A stretch of DNA of 63,939 bases, counting the filler, from Polymyxa betae A26-41 (Eukaryota; Protista; Endomyxa: Phytomyxea): the NCBI GenBank assembly GCA_003693705.1. It is 9 parts of 9 records of this genome, joined end to end, with 100 filler letters (N's around TTAATTAATTAA, not from the genome) between each part and the next. Parts side by side here need not be neighbours in the genome. Positions count along the whole stretch, not along the records: positions 25,457 to 38,618 come from RBZT01000642.1; positions 38,719 to 43,195 come from RBZT01000052.1; positions 43,296 to 48,018 come from RBZT01000403.1; positions 48,119 to 52,255 come from RBZT01000065.1; 5 more parts are not named here. The stretch is one strand, 5' to 3'. A program made the position numbers and the translations under genes. The notes below the pieces were generated by a model, which was not told where the DNA came from, did no database searches, and saw only the letters and a program-made list of their open reading frames with translations. Below, piece after piece: positions 37,956 through 51,650 of this stretch (position 1 is its first letter; each line of letters starts with the position of its first letter).

Positions 37956-38618
37956 ATGACGTTTTTGACCACGCAGGAATGCAGTCAGCTCTCTCATGAG
38001 GGACGATCGGAGAACGACGCGACTGGCCCAACTCTGTCTAGCTCGGTTAGTCTAAACCAGCGTCCCGACGCTGACCAGCTGTACCGTCTTAAGCTGAATG
38101 CCTTGGTGAAGCCATATAAAAATGCACAGGCTCGTTCTGGTGTTTCTCTAGGAGTCCTTGAGATCAACGTTTCAGCTCTCGAGGATTTCTGCACGGCTGT
38201 TTTTGATGTTGCCTCTCAACATGCTCAAGGAATTGCTGTTCCAGAGGATCAGAGCTTTTCGATGAGGAACGAGCCTCCTTCGCGCGAAGACTTGGACCTG
38301 ATAGTTTCGTTTATGCATCGAAATCACTTTTACAATATAGAAAGTAAATTTGGATTCCTGTTCGCAAGATGTTGTTTTTTAGAATTGTATCTCAGACATG
38401 TCTACATCCATTCTGCAGAACTGGACTGCACGCGGGCATGTAGTAGATTTCTTTATCTACAAATACGGAATCAACATTCAAACAGCTGCACACTATGCTG
38501 ATTTTCAAGCCGCTGTGTTAGAGCCTGCTACAGTTGACCGTGCAGGAGCCGCGTCTAATGATGTGGTTTTGTCGATCATCAATCAGCTTCGAGACCGTTG
38601 GGGCACTACCTATGTCTC
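37956..38618 (+). CDS. Hypothetical protein, probably spliced, truncated by contig end
   Basis: A 181-aa ORF plus a second overlapping frame open to the gap. No recognisable motif. Confidence 0.35.
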
Positions 38619-39238
38619 NNNNNNNNNNNNNNNNNNNNNNNNNNNNNNNNNNNNNNNNNNNNTTAATTAATTAANNNNNNNNNNNNNNNNNNNNNNNNNN
38701 NNNNNNNNNNNNNNNNNNAATCCAATCCAATCCAATCCTATTTGGGGGCGTGAAAGGGTGTACCTTACTCCAGCTGGAGCTATGAATTCTAGTTGGAATA
38801 CGAATTCTAATAGGAAAGTTGCTGAATCGAATTATTGGTAATAAACCCAATTCTATTATGATCGAACTAAACAGAATTAGTCCCAGAGACAGACTCCGTG
38901 GGTGTCATGATTCAACGCAGTCGGTGGTCTGGTCGTACTGGACCAGACAGGGAGTCACCGACTTCGCCAGTCCGCGAAGAAATACGCCTCAGGGGAATAA
39001 CGCTCTCATATTTTAGTGGGATTCCTACACAATTTCGTCCAGCACGTCTTTCAATCAATCGACCCTTTGTACCCAAACCCCTCTAATACTCCACTACTGG
39101 TTTCCCAGCTTTCAGCTTATCGTCGTTATATATAGCAGCCTTTTTTGTGTTCGCTGGCCAGGAATTTGACCATGAATGTTTCGTGAGGGTATAGCGGCTC
39201 AATAAAGTTGGTAATTTCAAATTCTTCGCATTTCTCCT

Positions 39239-39432
39239 GATTGGGCGGGTGGCTGATAGGGCCCAGGCAAAACTGAAATATCAAATGGGTGAGATAATGA
39301 AAAGCTCCGAAATTGGCAGTAGGGGCACCGATAGCTACCAAGGCAATGCCTGGGTGGGTACTACCGACCTTGCGCTTAGGTAAAAGCGCCGCCTGTTGAC
39401 AAAGATCAACGAACTAGGCAAATCCAATCCAA
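39239..39432 (+). mobile_element. Diverged copy of the LINE/SINE 3' module ending in AATCC repeats
   Basis: Blocks ATTGGGCGGGTG, GCTGATAGGGCC, CCGAAAT.GG.AGTAGGGG, AGCGCCGCCTGTTGAC, CGAACTAG and AATCCAATCC are collinear with the minus strand of 27594-27826. Confidence 0.75.
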
Positions 39433-42400
39433 TTTTAATCAATCCATTCATGACGAAAAGTTTCTAACTAAAACTCCTGAATAGCTAACAGTCGGTAGAT
39501 AAACAGTTTCCAGACTTGCTTTCCCTTTCATCACTCTATATGAATAGTCTGAGATTGCAGCAATAAAATGAGTCGAGAAGTCTGTTTTCGAAAATAGTGC
39601 AATATATTTGAGGATATTGTACGGCCCGGGATGCCAAATGTACTGCATGCGACCTCGTCAAGATGAAATTGGGAAACTACGCGAAAAGGTTTCAAACTAT
39701 AAGGAAGCTATCGAGCTAAATCTCGGAATGATTCGCTAAAATCCAGCACACATTTTCATATCCTGCTAATTAAATTCTGTTCCAAAGTCGTATCGTCTAA
39801 AGTTCGGCCACGATTCTCATAGATCCAATTCAGAGAGAGACAGAATCTAACTGATCCTCGTTTTGAAGATGGGTGACCTTCTGTAGAGCCTCCTTTTAAC
39901 GGCATGATTTTCAGCCCAAATCCAACCTATCCTTGAACATCCCTTTGAGAAATGTCGAATGCAGAGAAATATAGATTTTATGGACAAAATTGTTGAGAAG
40001 CGATGTTCTTGATATGAATTTCCAATAGTACGTCACCATCTTTAGGCCAATATAGCTGATCAACATTGTCATTCTCAGCAGTGGACAATTTGCTTCTCGG
40101 TTAGCGAGATGAAGGTTTTCAACTACCTGATTCAAGCTATTGGAAGGGGGCGGTCAACATGATATTCCAAGTGCCGACGTACGGATACGTCCCGAATCCT
40201 CCAAACCATTCGATCAAGCTACAAACAATCCGATCCAACGTAGCCACCAATAAACATGATTTATTGATGATAGCCATACACATAGGGAGACCTATCGCCA
40301 TACAGAAGAGAATTTTCTCAGCGAGCAGAACTGAGCCGACGAGATGCAAGAAACATCGATGAGACAGAATCCGGCTATAACGGGGGTGTCAGGAAGATAA
40401 CGCGAGAGTCGATGTAAGGCCAGAAGGTTGGCGGGGAAAAGGCTGAAAAAAATCTCGAGACGAACGAGATCTTCGGCCATTCCGGCCACCACCCGAAGTG
40501 AGACGTCAATTCTAGGTATCCGGGCGAGAGAGTGACCCAATGGAAGCGACAGATATCGTCATTGACGGCCACGAAGGTAGCATATTTATGACAGGATACC
40601 CCTAAGAAAATTCTGCGGCTTGGTCCGTGGCGCAGTCCGGACCCCAGCCGCCACGGGGGAGGGTGACCAACCTGTCCAGCTCTCTCGACATCCATTCTCC
40701 TTCTCGCACGCTCGATTTGATTTACGTCATACCCATTCACCAACCCGACGGCGAACAACAAATGGAACACCGACCTGCTCAAGCGCAGGTAAGGGGAATT
40801 TTAAACAGCGCCACGGACTTTTCAGCGGTACTGACATTTATATAGGTAATATTGAAAGGCTTGAACATTCCCATGCCGAACAACAAGTGGAACACCGACT
40901 TGCTCAGGCGCCTGGCTGAACTGGTACATCAGCACGGGAATTTCTGGTGATTTATTGAGTTAGATTAGCAGGAATCTTCGTCTTGTTGATCACGGCGTTC
41001 GCGGCGATTTCGAGTCTTAGATGAAGGCTGAGACTCAGGACGTTGATGACGAAGACGACCTCGACAACGCCTGTTCCAGCGATGTGGACGCTGGGCGAAG
41101 GCAAGTTCACCTCGTGTCGGGGGCACGATCATTTGATCGGACTGATCCGAGCAGTATTTCGCTATCAGCTACCATCGTTCCTTGACGGGACTTACCGCAT
41201 CCGTGACGTCTGGCGACGATATGCCGATCTTCGCGATCGATTCATACCGTTACCATCTCTCTTCTATGGTAGTGTTGCCATCGGCTTGCAACGATCCGCC
41301 TGCGCCATCAAGGTCAGACCTCGAGGCGGATGAGCTCGAACCTGACGGCCAGTCCGACGAGGAACTGTTAACAAATGCCATCGCCGCAGCTCGTGAGTTT
41401 TTGGGATATTGGCCGCCGGAATATGACAAAGAGCAATGGAAGCGTCAAGATATACTGTGGGATCTTAGATGTCGTCTATACAGTGCTGATCCTGGCAACA
41501 TTGACGTCGTTGCCCAGCACCGCGAGGTGTTGAAAAGTATATTCGTGTGCGGCTTGCTATCGACCACTCCAGCACAACAATTACTTACGTGATCATGATC
41601 GAATATTTCTTTTATAATTTAAGCAAAATAAAAAGAAAGAGCCACTTATTATTTTATGTTAATTACATTGCTCGTTTCCGATTCCCAGATATTTGCATAA
41701 GAAATCATGCCGAACAGAATTTCACTTATTGTTGGAATCCAGCACATATAAAGTCAATTATGTATTCTGAACTCGATTGTGAAACCGAAGGGCATCTAGA
41801 GCTCCCAGCTCTATGGTTGTCACTTGGAATGTGAATAAGATAACGGACGAATGGAGCTAGGAGCGAATTCAGAATGGAACTGGCACATTTTAAACGAAAT
41901 CGCTTCAGATTGCTCGTTCAGACTGATCGCTATTACAATCCTGATTGAAAAACTAATTCGTTGAAGAGTTCGTTGCAAATCGCATTGGACTAAGAATGTC
42001 AAAACTTGACGTGGCCGATTTGTGCAAAATCTTCTCAATTGAAATATTGACAAATTCTATGTAGCCATATTAGAAACGAATGAATTGCTCGATTTTAAGC
42101 CAAACCTGATTTGTCTCATTGTCAGTCCGAAGGCGGAATTTCGACAAGGCAGATTTTGACATCAACGCGACAACAAATTCCGAGTAATGGATTTCATTCA
42201 GCACGTTCATTTTTATCGGCAACAAGACGAGGATGCGGTTTCAGTTTTGAAAATGGATGTCTGTTACATGACACAAAAAAGCCAGAAGATTTCGCGAATT
42301 GCCGAGCCTTTTCCAGAAAGCTGGAGCCATTATTATGATGCTGATCCACCGCGAAAGGGGTCAAAGCTTCATCAAATAAACTGTATTCTGCTGAACGACT

Positions 42401-42905
42401 GTCCGGAGTGGGCGTTTCAGGCGAATCTGGCGTCGACAAATGTAAGGTGGATGGCGTCGACTACGGAAAAGGTTTTAATGGCGACGTAGACGATGCTAAT
42501 GCCGATGGTGATAAGGGGCATACAGCAGGCTTAGTTGGCGAAAGCCAAGACTGGGGCGCAGGGGGGAATCCGGTGTAGGCCTGCAATTCGATTGTTTGGG
42601 TGAGGTCCAAGGAATCAACTTCGAAAACCAAGACACTACGAACTAAACACTGTATCCGACAGTAGAACGAGTGTCCCGATACACATTTGCGTGGTCAGCG
42701 CAGCCATCGTCCACGGAAGAGGTGAAGATAATGTATGGTCAGATNNNNNNNNNNNNNNNNNNNNNNNNNNNNNNNNNNNNNNNNNNNNNNNNNNNNNNNN
42801 NNNNNNNNNNNNNNNNNNNNNNNNNNNNNNNNNNNNNNNNNNNNNNNNNNNNNNNNNNNNNNNNNNNNNNNNNNNNNNNNNNNNNNNNNNNNNNNNNNNN
42901 NNNNN

Positions 42906-43195
42906 TCCTTTAAAGGCAGAGGATCTTAGAATTAGGCTATGTGTTATAGCGCACTCTGGAGCCAACAGTGGACACTTGGGATACCAGGCTGCGTATGATA
43001 AGTTGAAACAGTATTTCTTCTGGCCTAACATGCATAAAGATGTTTTAGCCCTGTGTAAGAGTTGTTTACACTGTCTACCAACAAGAGGTGGAGCAAGAGT
43101 TCCTAGACCACTTGGAGAAGCAGTTCACGGACAACATCCAAATCATGTAGTTCACTTGGATTGGATATATATAATGCCAGCCGAAAAGAATGGCT
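42906..43195 (+). pseudogene. Ty3/Gypsy integrase H2C2 zinc-finger fragment
   Basis: AHSGANSGHLG...LKQYFFWPNMHKDV...CKSCLHC...PRPL...VHLDWI. Bounded by gaps on both sides. Confidence 0.85.
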
Positions 43196-43295
43196 NNNNN
43201 NNNNNNNNNNNNNNNNNNNNNNNNNNNNNNNNNNNNNNNTTAATTAATTAANNNNNNNNNNNNNNNNNNNNNNNNNNNNNNNNNNNNNNNNNNNN

Positions 43296-45213
43296 TGGCG
43301 AAGATCACGGAAACGGAGAGCGGAGAAGTGGCAATGCTGATCAAAGGCGCACCAGATGTTCTGCTCAGAGCTTCGAGATACGTGATGCAGTCAGACGGGA
43401 ATGTGATTGAAATCGACATGGAAAGGCGACAGGCTATTGACGATTTAAAAGACAATGCAAGCAGGCAAGGCCATCGTGTGATCGCTTTATGTGAAAAGCC
43501 ATTGGACCTCGAATCCATTCCGATCGAGCAAGTTGCCCAGGAGACTTTTGTCATGGATGAGATTCAACAAGATTTAATCATGATCGGTCTACTCATCTTG
43601 AAAGATCCGCCAAGGCTGGAGGTTCCTGAAACCGTTCGAAAAATGCGTCACGCTGGAATCAGGATTGTCATGGTACCGTTCCGTTTTTGTGAATATCCAT
43701 TTTGCGCACTTTTGGGGTTTTCTTTTTCATATGCAGTCATTTGAATTTCAATAGGGCGCACGTTTTGCCGGTTTTGGGTTTTCATCTTATTGCTTATGTC
43801 AATTTTCTATTGCGCGCATGTTTTGTGTTTTCGTGATTTTAGATTTCCATTTATTTTTTCAAATTGGTTGTGATGGACGTTATTGATCAACTCTACATTG
43901 CATCAGATAACGGGAGATTTCGAGCTAACGGCCTGTTCGATTGCGAGCAGCGTTGGATTGATCACGGTTGCTGACAACCAGATTAAGCGTGTCGCTGACC
44001 TGCAGTCCTTGAAAGAAAGAGATCCGCTGCCCGACAACCTTCTATCATATCAGCTTCGCCCTCCACAGGATTTACCACCCACCGCTATTTTGATTAACGG
44101 GTCTGAAATCGACCATCTATTCCAAGATGACTGGGACTATATTGCCGCTAAATTCAACGAGATGGTGTTTGCTCGTACGACCCCTGAGCAGAAGCTCATC
44201 ATCGTGGATAATTTGAGGAATCGGGGGGACAATTTCGTAGCGGTAACTGGTGATGGAATGAATGATGCCCCGGCTTTGAAAGCAGCTGATGTTGGCGTCA
44301 GTACGGGTAGTGGAACCGATATCGCCAAAGAGGCGGCTACCATCATCTTGCTTAATAACACCTTCTCTTCCCTATTAGTTGGTATCGAGAACGGTCGACT
44401 GGTTTTTGCAAATCTAAAGAAGGTTCTGCTCTATTTGATGACTGCTGGTATGAGATATCTATTTCTGCTATGACTGTTTCTGATGTGTGTGCTTCAATAG
44501 GTGTGTACGCTGAATTTGTTGCTGTCGCTTCAAATGCATATTTTGGCATGCATTTACCATTATCTGCATTTCAACAAGTGATATTCTGCATGACAAATGA
44601 TTTGATCATGTCCATCTCCCTTATATATGAGAAACCGGAGGCGAACTTGATGGATCGTCCACCCCGGAGTTCACGAACTGATCGTCTGACAGACTGGAGG
44701 TTTTTCATTCAGTTGTTCTTTATCATTGGACCTCTTGTCTGGATTAGCTGTATGGCAATGTGGTTCCTATATATGAGCACCCAGGGCTTAGGCTTCTATG
44801 ATCTGTTCTTTGCTTTTGGTCGCTGGGGTCCAAAGGCTCAAAGTAAATCGCCGGATGAGCTATTAGTTATTGTCACAACGGGACAGTGCGTTTACTATGT
44901 GACGATGGCCATTTGTCAAATTGGGGTCCTGCTCGCCGTCCGAAACAGAACTGTTTCATTATTCGACTCAAATCCGTTATGGGGTCCACGTCAGAATTTA
45001 TTTCTCGTATTCTCCATTGCTTGCAATATTGCTATATGTATGATTATCTTTTATGGATATTGGATTCAGGTGATATTTAACACAACACCCATCCCTGTCA
45101 ACTTTTGGTTTATTCCATTCGGCTTCTTAGCTGCCATTGTCCTTGTCGATGAAATTCGGAAATATTTTGTGAGAAATTATCCAAGATCGCCTATTGCAAA
45201 AATAGCTTGGTAG
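43296..45213 (+). CDS. P-type cation ATPase (type IIC/ACU-like), C-terminal half, 5'-truncated by contig start
   Basis: KGAPD, DPPR, MVTGD split by an intron, FARTTPEQKL, VTGDGMNDAPALKAADVGV, GRLVFANLKK, YEKPE..LM.RPPR and C-terminal TM segments. Confidence 0.92.
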
Positions 45214-46884
45214 CGCTGCTTCCTTATTTTTCCCAATCACCCTGTAACTCTCAAAGCGAAGCTTTCATCAGATTATGACTTCAGGAGTAAGCGAGTTTTC
45301 GAAGAACTGCCTACCTTTTCGATGCCTTTGCTAAGTCACCTCGAATAAAGCTTTTCTCATCAAATGCAGCAATTGCCTCGATTATTCCTTTACATTTTTA
45401 TAGCCAGTTAATATCGTGCTGCCACACCAATGATATCGTTCGCATCCATCAAACTATAGCCCTGCTGAAAGGCCATGAAGGTCAAACAGCCATATTGATT
45501 ATCCGAATCTGCTGGCCCTCTCTTACCTGTTCACCTAGAAAATCTTTTCGCTATAGCGTACTTCTGCAGCTGTGAAATGAAATAGAGCTGGATACTGAAA
45601 ATTTTTATGAGCAATTCTCTGTCCTAAAACCGATTGTTCTATCCAAAAAGAGCAATTCTTCTCTGCAAAAGAACAAGGCAAATCAATATGCGATAACGGC
45701 ATCACTATTTCCAGTCTCTTCAGCTGAGAGAAAAATCGCATAGCTTCTTCTAATAAACAGTATTTTGTCACCAAGGATCCATAACGTCTGCACAGTAATA
45801 TTAAATGTTCGTGTTAGTATCGTTAATTAAAGTGGGTGAAAGTTCCGAGTCAATCCAGCAGTTATTATAATGCTTGGCGGATCAGAGCATTCGAGAACGC
45901 CTCGCAATCGGGGGCAGCTTGCGCCGATCTCCAGGACGAAGCAGATGTTTCAAAATTCCGTTTCGAAATGCCCATCGCCCGTGCTTAAACAGTCTGGATA
46001 GTAATCACCATCGAAACCGTCGCCAAGGGCCAGGGCCCTGCGCTGATCTTCAGACATCAGACTACAATCCTCGGTACTGTTCACAGCATGCAGCAAGCAC
46101 GTTTTATTGGTAGCCTTGCTGATGCGAACAGCACGAGAATAAAAACAGAGCTCGTCGGTGCAGCAATCCCGAACGCCATCCGTATTGGAAGCGAGAATGT
46201 ATGGCGTCCTCCTAAACACATTTAGTCTCTCCAGAACCCTACTCTAACCTGACTGGGAATGTGAAGCATTTGTTGATTTAGAATAGATAATGATGAGCTG
46301 GCCGAGATTGACCAGATAACGCAGCAGGTTCAAGGTTTTCAGCTTGGATGTTCTGCAGATCTAACTCTCGTTTCGTTTCAGACATTCTTGCGTGGCCGAA
46401 TCGTTGTTTCTTTGGCGACCGTTTTGAAAATGCCGAAACGAGGCTTCGGTGCGAGCAGCACCTCTGACGACGACTCGGGCGTTGTTTGCAGGATTGAGGT
46501 GCGATTGTCGTATGGTGTGATTGTGTTGTTAACCAGTTGAACTCGGACCATGGAATGCTGCAAGTCGAGAATGTGTCAACGAAGGGGCTCTTTAGTATTA
46601 TAACGCGTCAAGATGATACGGTCATACTCAGCGACCGAATTCCTGCAAGTTTTAACCAGACAGTAACGCAGCGCCCAATTATTGTAACACTACTGTACAA
46701 GTCTACAACCGATAGCTTAGATCGAATCTAATCGGATGAATCATCAATTGCTATTTGAACGCTACAATCGGCCATCGACTCGAGAGGATTCAAGTGTTTA
46801 TATCTGGGCGAAGATCGAAGATCACTGCTCATTCCTCAAGACATAGCCACCCATTGCCTCTAAGGCTGTTTGCTCAGATCAACA

Positions 46885-48018
46885 ATGGCTGCATTTTCCG
46901 ACTTTGAATCACATCCAAGCATTCCAGTTCTATACAGGACCCTGAGTGTCAAAACCAGCCTTGCCATTGGAGGCAAACAGTATGAGCCGAAATTCGAAAT
47001 TATTCCAGAACTTAGTCAGCCAGTTGATGATCTATGCCATCGTCTCCGAACTCATAAAACACGAGGGTTATCGTCAGAAGCCGCTAGACAACGCCATTTG
47101 GAACAAGGAGCCAATGTATTAACCCGTGCAAGAAGAAATTATACCAAGAAGTTCTTTTCGCATTTGTTTGGTGGATTCAATTTCCTCCTAATGATTTCCG
47201 CTGCCTTGGTCTTTATCTCATGGAGGCCGCTATCCGGCGACGAGGCGTCATCATTCGGCTTGGGTGTTGGCATCATGCTGCTCACTGTCATTGTCGTATC
47301 GACGGTTTTCTATGCGCTCGTAGACTACAAAGCAACGCGTACGATGGCATCAATACAGAGTCTGGTGGCGAATACCGCCATGGTAAAACGCGATGGTGAA
47401 CTCTACACAATCGATGCTGAAACTTTGGTCGAGGGCGATATCGTTTGTCTGAAACAGGGCCAGCGCGTTCCTGCAGATCTTCGCTTGATTGATGTTTCAT
47501 CCGATGCTCGTTTTGACCGATCAATTTTAACCGGTGAGAGCCAACCAGTTCCGGCCACTGTTGATCCAACAAGCCTCAACCCGCTCGAATCGAAGAATAT
47601 GGGACTGGCATCGACCTTTCTCTCTCGAGGGAACGTCCGTGGTGTGGTGATCAAGATCGGGGATGACACTGTCATTGGAAATATTCTGAAAATGTCGATC
47701 GCGAGCACTAGCAAGATGGCAATGTCGCCGATTCAGAAAGAGGTCGCATTCTTCACTACTGTGATCTCAATTCTCGCCGTTTTTTTCTTCTGTCTGGCGA
47801 TCGGGGTCTGGGGCCTTTGGGTCGAGAATAATTTTCCAGGTTATGAGACAGCCTCTGTTGCTATCACAAACGCGATCGGGTGTCTAATCGGTAACAAACT
47901 GAGAATCAACTCTAACCTTGCTGACGGCATGCTTTAAGCATTCGTTCCGGAAGGTTTGCCGATCTGCTTCGCATTGGCTTTGACTATCATTGCAAGACGA
48001 ATGGCGAAACAGAATGCG
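46885..48018 (+). CDS. P-type cation ATPase (type IIC/ACU-like), N-terminal half of the next tandem copy, 3'-truncated
   Basis: GLSSEAA...GANVL, LVEGDIV..GQRVPADLR, DRSILTGES, and FVPEGL after an intron. Ends at RRMAKQNA just before the expected DKTGT. Confidence 0.9.
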
Positions 48019-48118
48019 NNNNNNNNNNNNNNNNNNNNNNNNNNNNNNNNNNNNNNNNNNNNTTAATTAATTAANNNNNNNNNNNNNNNNNNNNNNNNNN
48101 NNNNNNNNNNNNNNNNNN

Positions 48119-48500
48119 AATTCTTGCCATTCAACTTCTCGCCCGTGTACGCTTTCAGAACGTCTGGGCCCATAACCTGAGAAGATGTTTGGTTTAAGGA
48201 AGCTTCGATTCGGCGTTGCTGCATCATGTTCTCAGTCACGGAGTCCGGACTTGGACTATCCCCCGAACCGTTCTCAGAGTCTCGTGTATGAGATCTAGTA
48301 TTCGCCATCTAGCTACTCAAAACGCAGACGCTCACGATTAGAGGTCAGAATCAAAGTGTTTAGTGATCATAAGATCGTCTCGTACTCCAGGGCCGGTCAC
48401 GTGCTCGGTCCGCACGCGACCGCCGGCAGGCCAAGTCACTGGGAGGGCGTACGCATACCGCCAGCATCAACACTTTATACACGCGTATGCACTTCTGACA
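48119..48500 (-). mobile_element. 5' end of a Ty1/Copia element: LTR (48178-48500, TG..CA), PBS (48164-48177) and gag start
   Basis: Minus strand reads TGTCAGAAG...CTTCTCA directly followed by GGTTATGGGCCCAG, then the gag motif EKLNGKN. Confidence 0.75.
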
Positions 48501-48639
48501 CTAATATAGAAGGCAGAACAAGGTTCTGGGATTCATCAATGAGCTAATTCTATCATAAAAAAGTCAAAAATAAGCTCATCGTAAGGTGAACTTAATACGT
48601 TAGATTAACATCTCGATGCAATATTATACCCCGCAGGAC

Positions 48640-49900
48640 CTTTAGGAGTAATCAGTGATCCCAAAACCAAAACTCGAGAAGCAAAAAAGCGAAACACAAC
48701 GTCATCGAATGGAAAGTGATGCGTAAGTCAGACAGTGACCAATTCCCTACTATATACTGTACAAACTCAAATTCGAATCCAACAGTCGCATTTTCCCTAA
48801 ACGCGATTACATTAACGAGATATACGCAGTTTTGAATCGCAAAGACACTTCCAAAAAGCTGAAAGTAAGCATGGCAGATATCGACAGAGATTCCGTCCAC
48901 CTAAGTCAAATTAAAGAGCTGCGCGCTTAGCCAGGCTTTCACGTTTAAAAAAATGAAACACAGACCAATAGAATTCTGTACAGAAGAGCTGTTGTCTCAA
49001 AGCAAGACGAGCTCGTAACCGAGCCCGCAAAGAGATATCCGAGCTAGAAAAGGAGGACAGCAGCTATTGCATCGAAATATTAAATACCAAGAAAAACGAA
49101 AACTGTTCGTAAAAGCTTTTTCCAAAGCGCACGAAGGCATAACTTCATCTCTAGATTACGCACCGCTTGCGAAGACGAGACGGGAGCACAATTAGTTAAA
49201 CGTATCAAACCGATTGAGCCATCACTAAAACAATAGGCGCCACAGACACCACAAAAACAGGGTGAAGCCCAAAAGACTGCAGAGCGCATCGCGGACTAAT
49301 TCGAATCTATCTTCGATCGAAAAAGAGGTTCTTCCGGATGACCGAGAACAAGAGTAGCTAATTTACAAAATATTGACATGCTGCAAGAACGTTAAAAAAA
49401 GAGAGCATGTCACCAGTAAGTGAACGTGAACTATTACAATCCCTGAAAGCAGCAAATCATCGATCTGCACCCGGTCCGGATAGAATCTCCAGCAAATCAC
49501 TAAAAATAGTCTGCAAAAAACAAAGACCTCCGACAACTTCTACCCATAAGCCACTAACAACCAGATACTTTAAATAGGGACCAACCCGAGCGAACTAAAA
49601 ACCGCACGAATCGTCACCGTCCGCAAGCCAAAAACCGGAGAATATCGTCCGATCAGTTTGCTTTCGAATGTTTCAAGGCTCACCGAGTTCATAATACAAA
49701 AGCAAATCCAAGACATAATCACTAATAAACTACCACGAAACAGAGTTCGAATGCCGTACAGGACACTCAACTTCCCACGCTCTCATACACTACTGCGGAG
49801 CAGGCGCGGCCAAAAATGAGCAGTTCGGATGCGTTTTTTACGATTTTACAAAAGCATATGACGAAGTTCCTAAACACAAATTGGTCAAGAAATGATAAAA
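48640..49900 (+). pseudogene. Degenerate LINE reverse transcriptase
   Basis: My translation gives RSAPGPDRIS, KTARIVTVRKPKTGEYRPISLLSNVSRLTE and FYDFTKAYDEV, with many stops and frameshifts. Confidence 0.8.
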
Positions 49901-50116
49901 CTTTAACAGAAGGGTTGCCCGGTCAGCCCTTGTTGGATCATGTTACTCCCTTAGTAATCTATGACAGTTAAGATGTCCGCGACGATTCTTTCACCTCTGT
50001 GAGACCCACAACCGAAATGGCGCACTCGGACTGACCTTCGAACTGTTCAGATTATACCGATTAAAAGAATTAAACAATGTGGTTTATTGAATGACATGTT
50101 GCTACGAATGGTCGAA

Positions 50117-51650
50117 TCAGTCCAGGGAGAATTCTGCGTTGAAGTTCAGGAAATCCTCGAACTTGAACGCGATGGATGTGATGATACTGATAGGTAGACT
50201 TGTAATCATCAGAGCAAGAAACATCAATCGCACGGGCTTTGTATCGATATCGTGAATAATATCCTTGGTAACGACCGTGAGATCGATCTGTTTTGCAAGC
50301 TGACGGGCATGTTTACGTTCCAACTTTGCGACGAGTCGCTTCATGATTCTATCGAACAATTCCGTGAGTACGGATTTCGCATAGAGCGTCTGCGAATCCA
50401 GAAACGTCAGGTAACGTTTCTGGAGTTTGTGAGCCGCGAATAGGACGTGTCCTGCAAAGTCCGCAGAAGTAATCCCATCGAATGATTTCTGGAGGAGATA
50501 TTGATGGAAATATTGGGCCACGGAGTTAATACTGTCCGTGGAGACAGTTCGGATTTGAATCTGGATGGCAGAGCGGACGTCATACAAGATATTGAGTATC
50601 ATGTCAGAGAAAAAGTCCAGCTTCATATCGGAAGGAGCGATATGATGAGTGGAGTTTTTCACAGCAGAGATGACTGATTCTTTCAATACAGAGAGATTAA
50701 CTGACTGTTGCATACGGAGTTCTGAAACATAATGTCACAAAGGCACACAGCATTGACATCAGTCTTACCAGAATCAAGGAAAAGCTGATGCACAAAATCT
50801 AAAACTGCGCGATCGAAATCCGTCTGTTGTCAACGTTACTGTTATGAAACATAAAAAAGCCAGTTGAAACATTACGTACCAGCTGACGATTAGACTTGAT
50901 ATGGGTGGGAATCAGACAGGACTTAACAGATTCAGACAGAATGGGTTTGTCTTCAAACAAGACCGCGGAAATGTTAATCGGTGAAATTGGTGTCACTGAT
51001 TCAATGAGAGCGGCCAGAACTGAATCAGGTAACGTATCGACAACGTTACGTATGGTTTGGAGAAGGAAATCATCGGTCTTAATTCGGACCTGTTCAAGGA
51101 ATTCCGGCAATAAAACGACAGCGAATTGGTGACGTTCGGAGTCTGTAAAGTCCGGATGTTGATCCATGACAAAGTCCGCGTATTGCTTAACAGAGTCCAG
51201 CTCGAGGACCTTCACAAGCATAACTTGGATCTGCACGACCAGATAGAGTAAATGCTTCACAAAGATAGGCTTCAGTTTGGCCTTGCGATTTGTGTCGTGC
51301 TGGTCCGTCAGCAGGATCTCACCCATACTGACCATACGACGAAAAATATCCAGATGATGATTAAAGGACTCGGATGCAGTGAATATTGCCGCTGCAGAGA
51401 TGGCTTCGGCAGAAGTTTGATTATGGCTTCGGAGATGGCTGACAGATACAGGATCCAGATCGCATTCACTCACAGGGCTCGAAGTGCTGATGGAGGTGAT
51501 TCCGTCCAGGAGTAAGACGGGCTCTGAAAAATCCCCATCAGATGATTGAGTTTTGAATAAAAGTGAAAGTCTCGATTCATAATACTCAGATAGCCGTAAG
51601 AATGAACTTATTATAGTTAAAGATACAGCTGGTAAAAACGCATTCAAAAT
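50117..51650 (-). CDS. Hypothetical helical protein with C-terminal TM segment, at least two exons
   Basis: Adjacent 282-aa and 198-aa ORFs on the same strand. TM segment LMFLALMITSLPISIITSIAF. No recognised domain. Confidence 0.5.

Noticed and set aside
42560-42744. Polypurine tract followed by TG (possible LTR start)
   Set aside because: Runs into an N gap, with no second LTR to confirm it.
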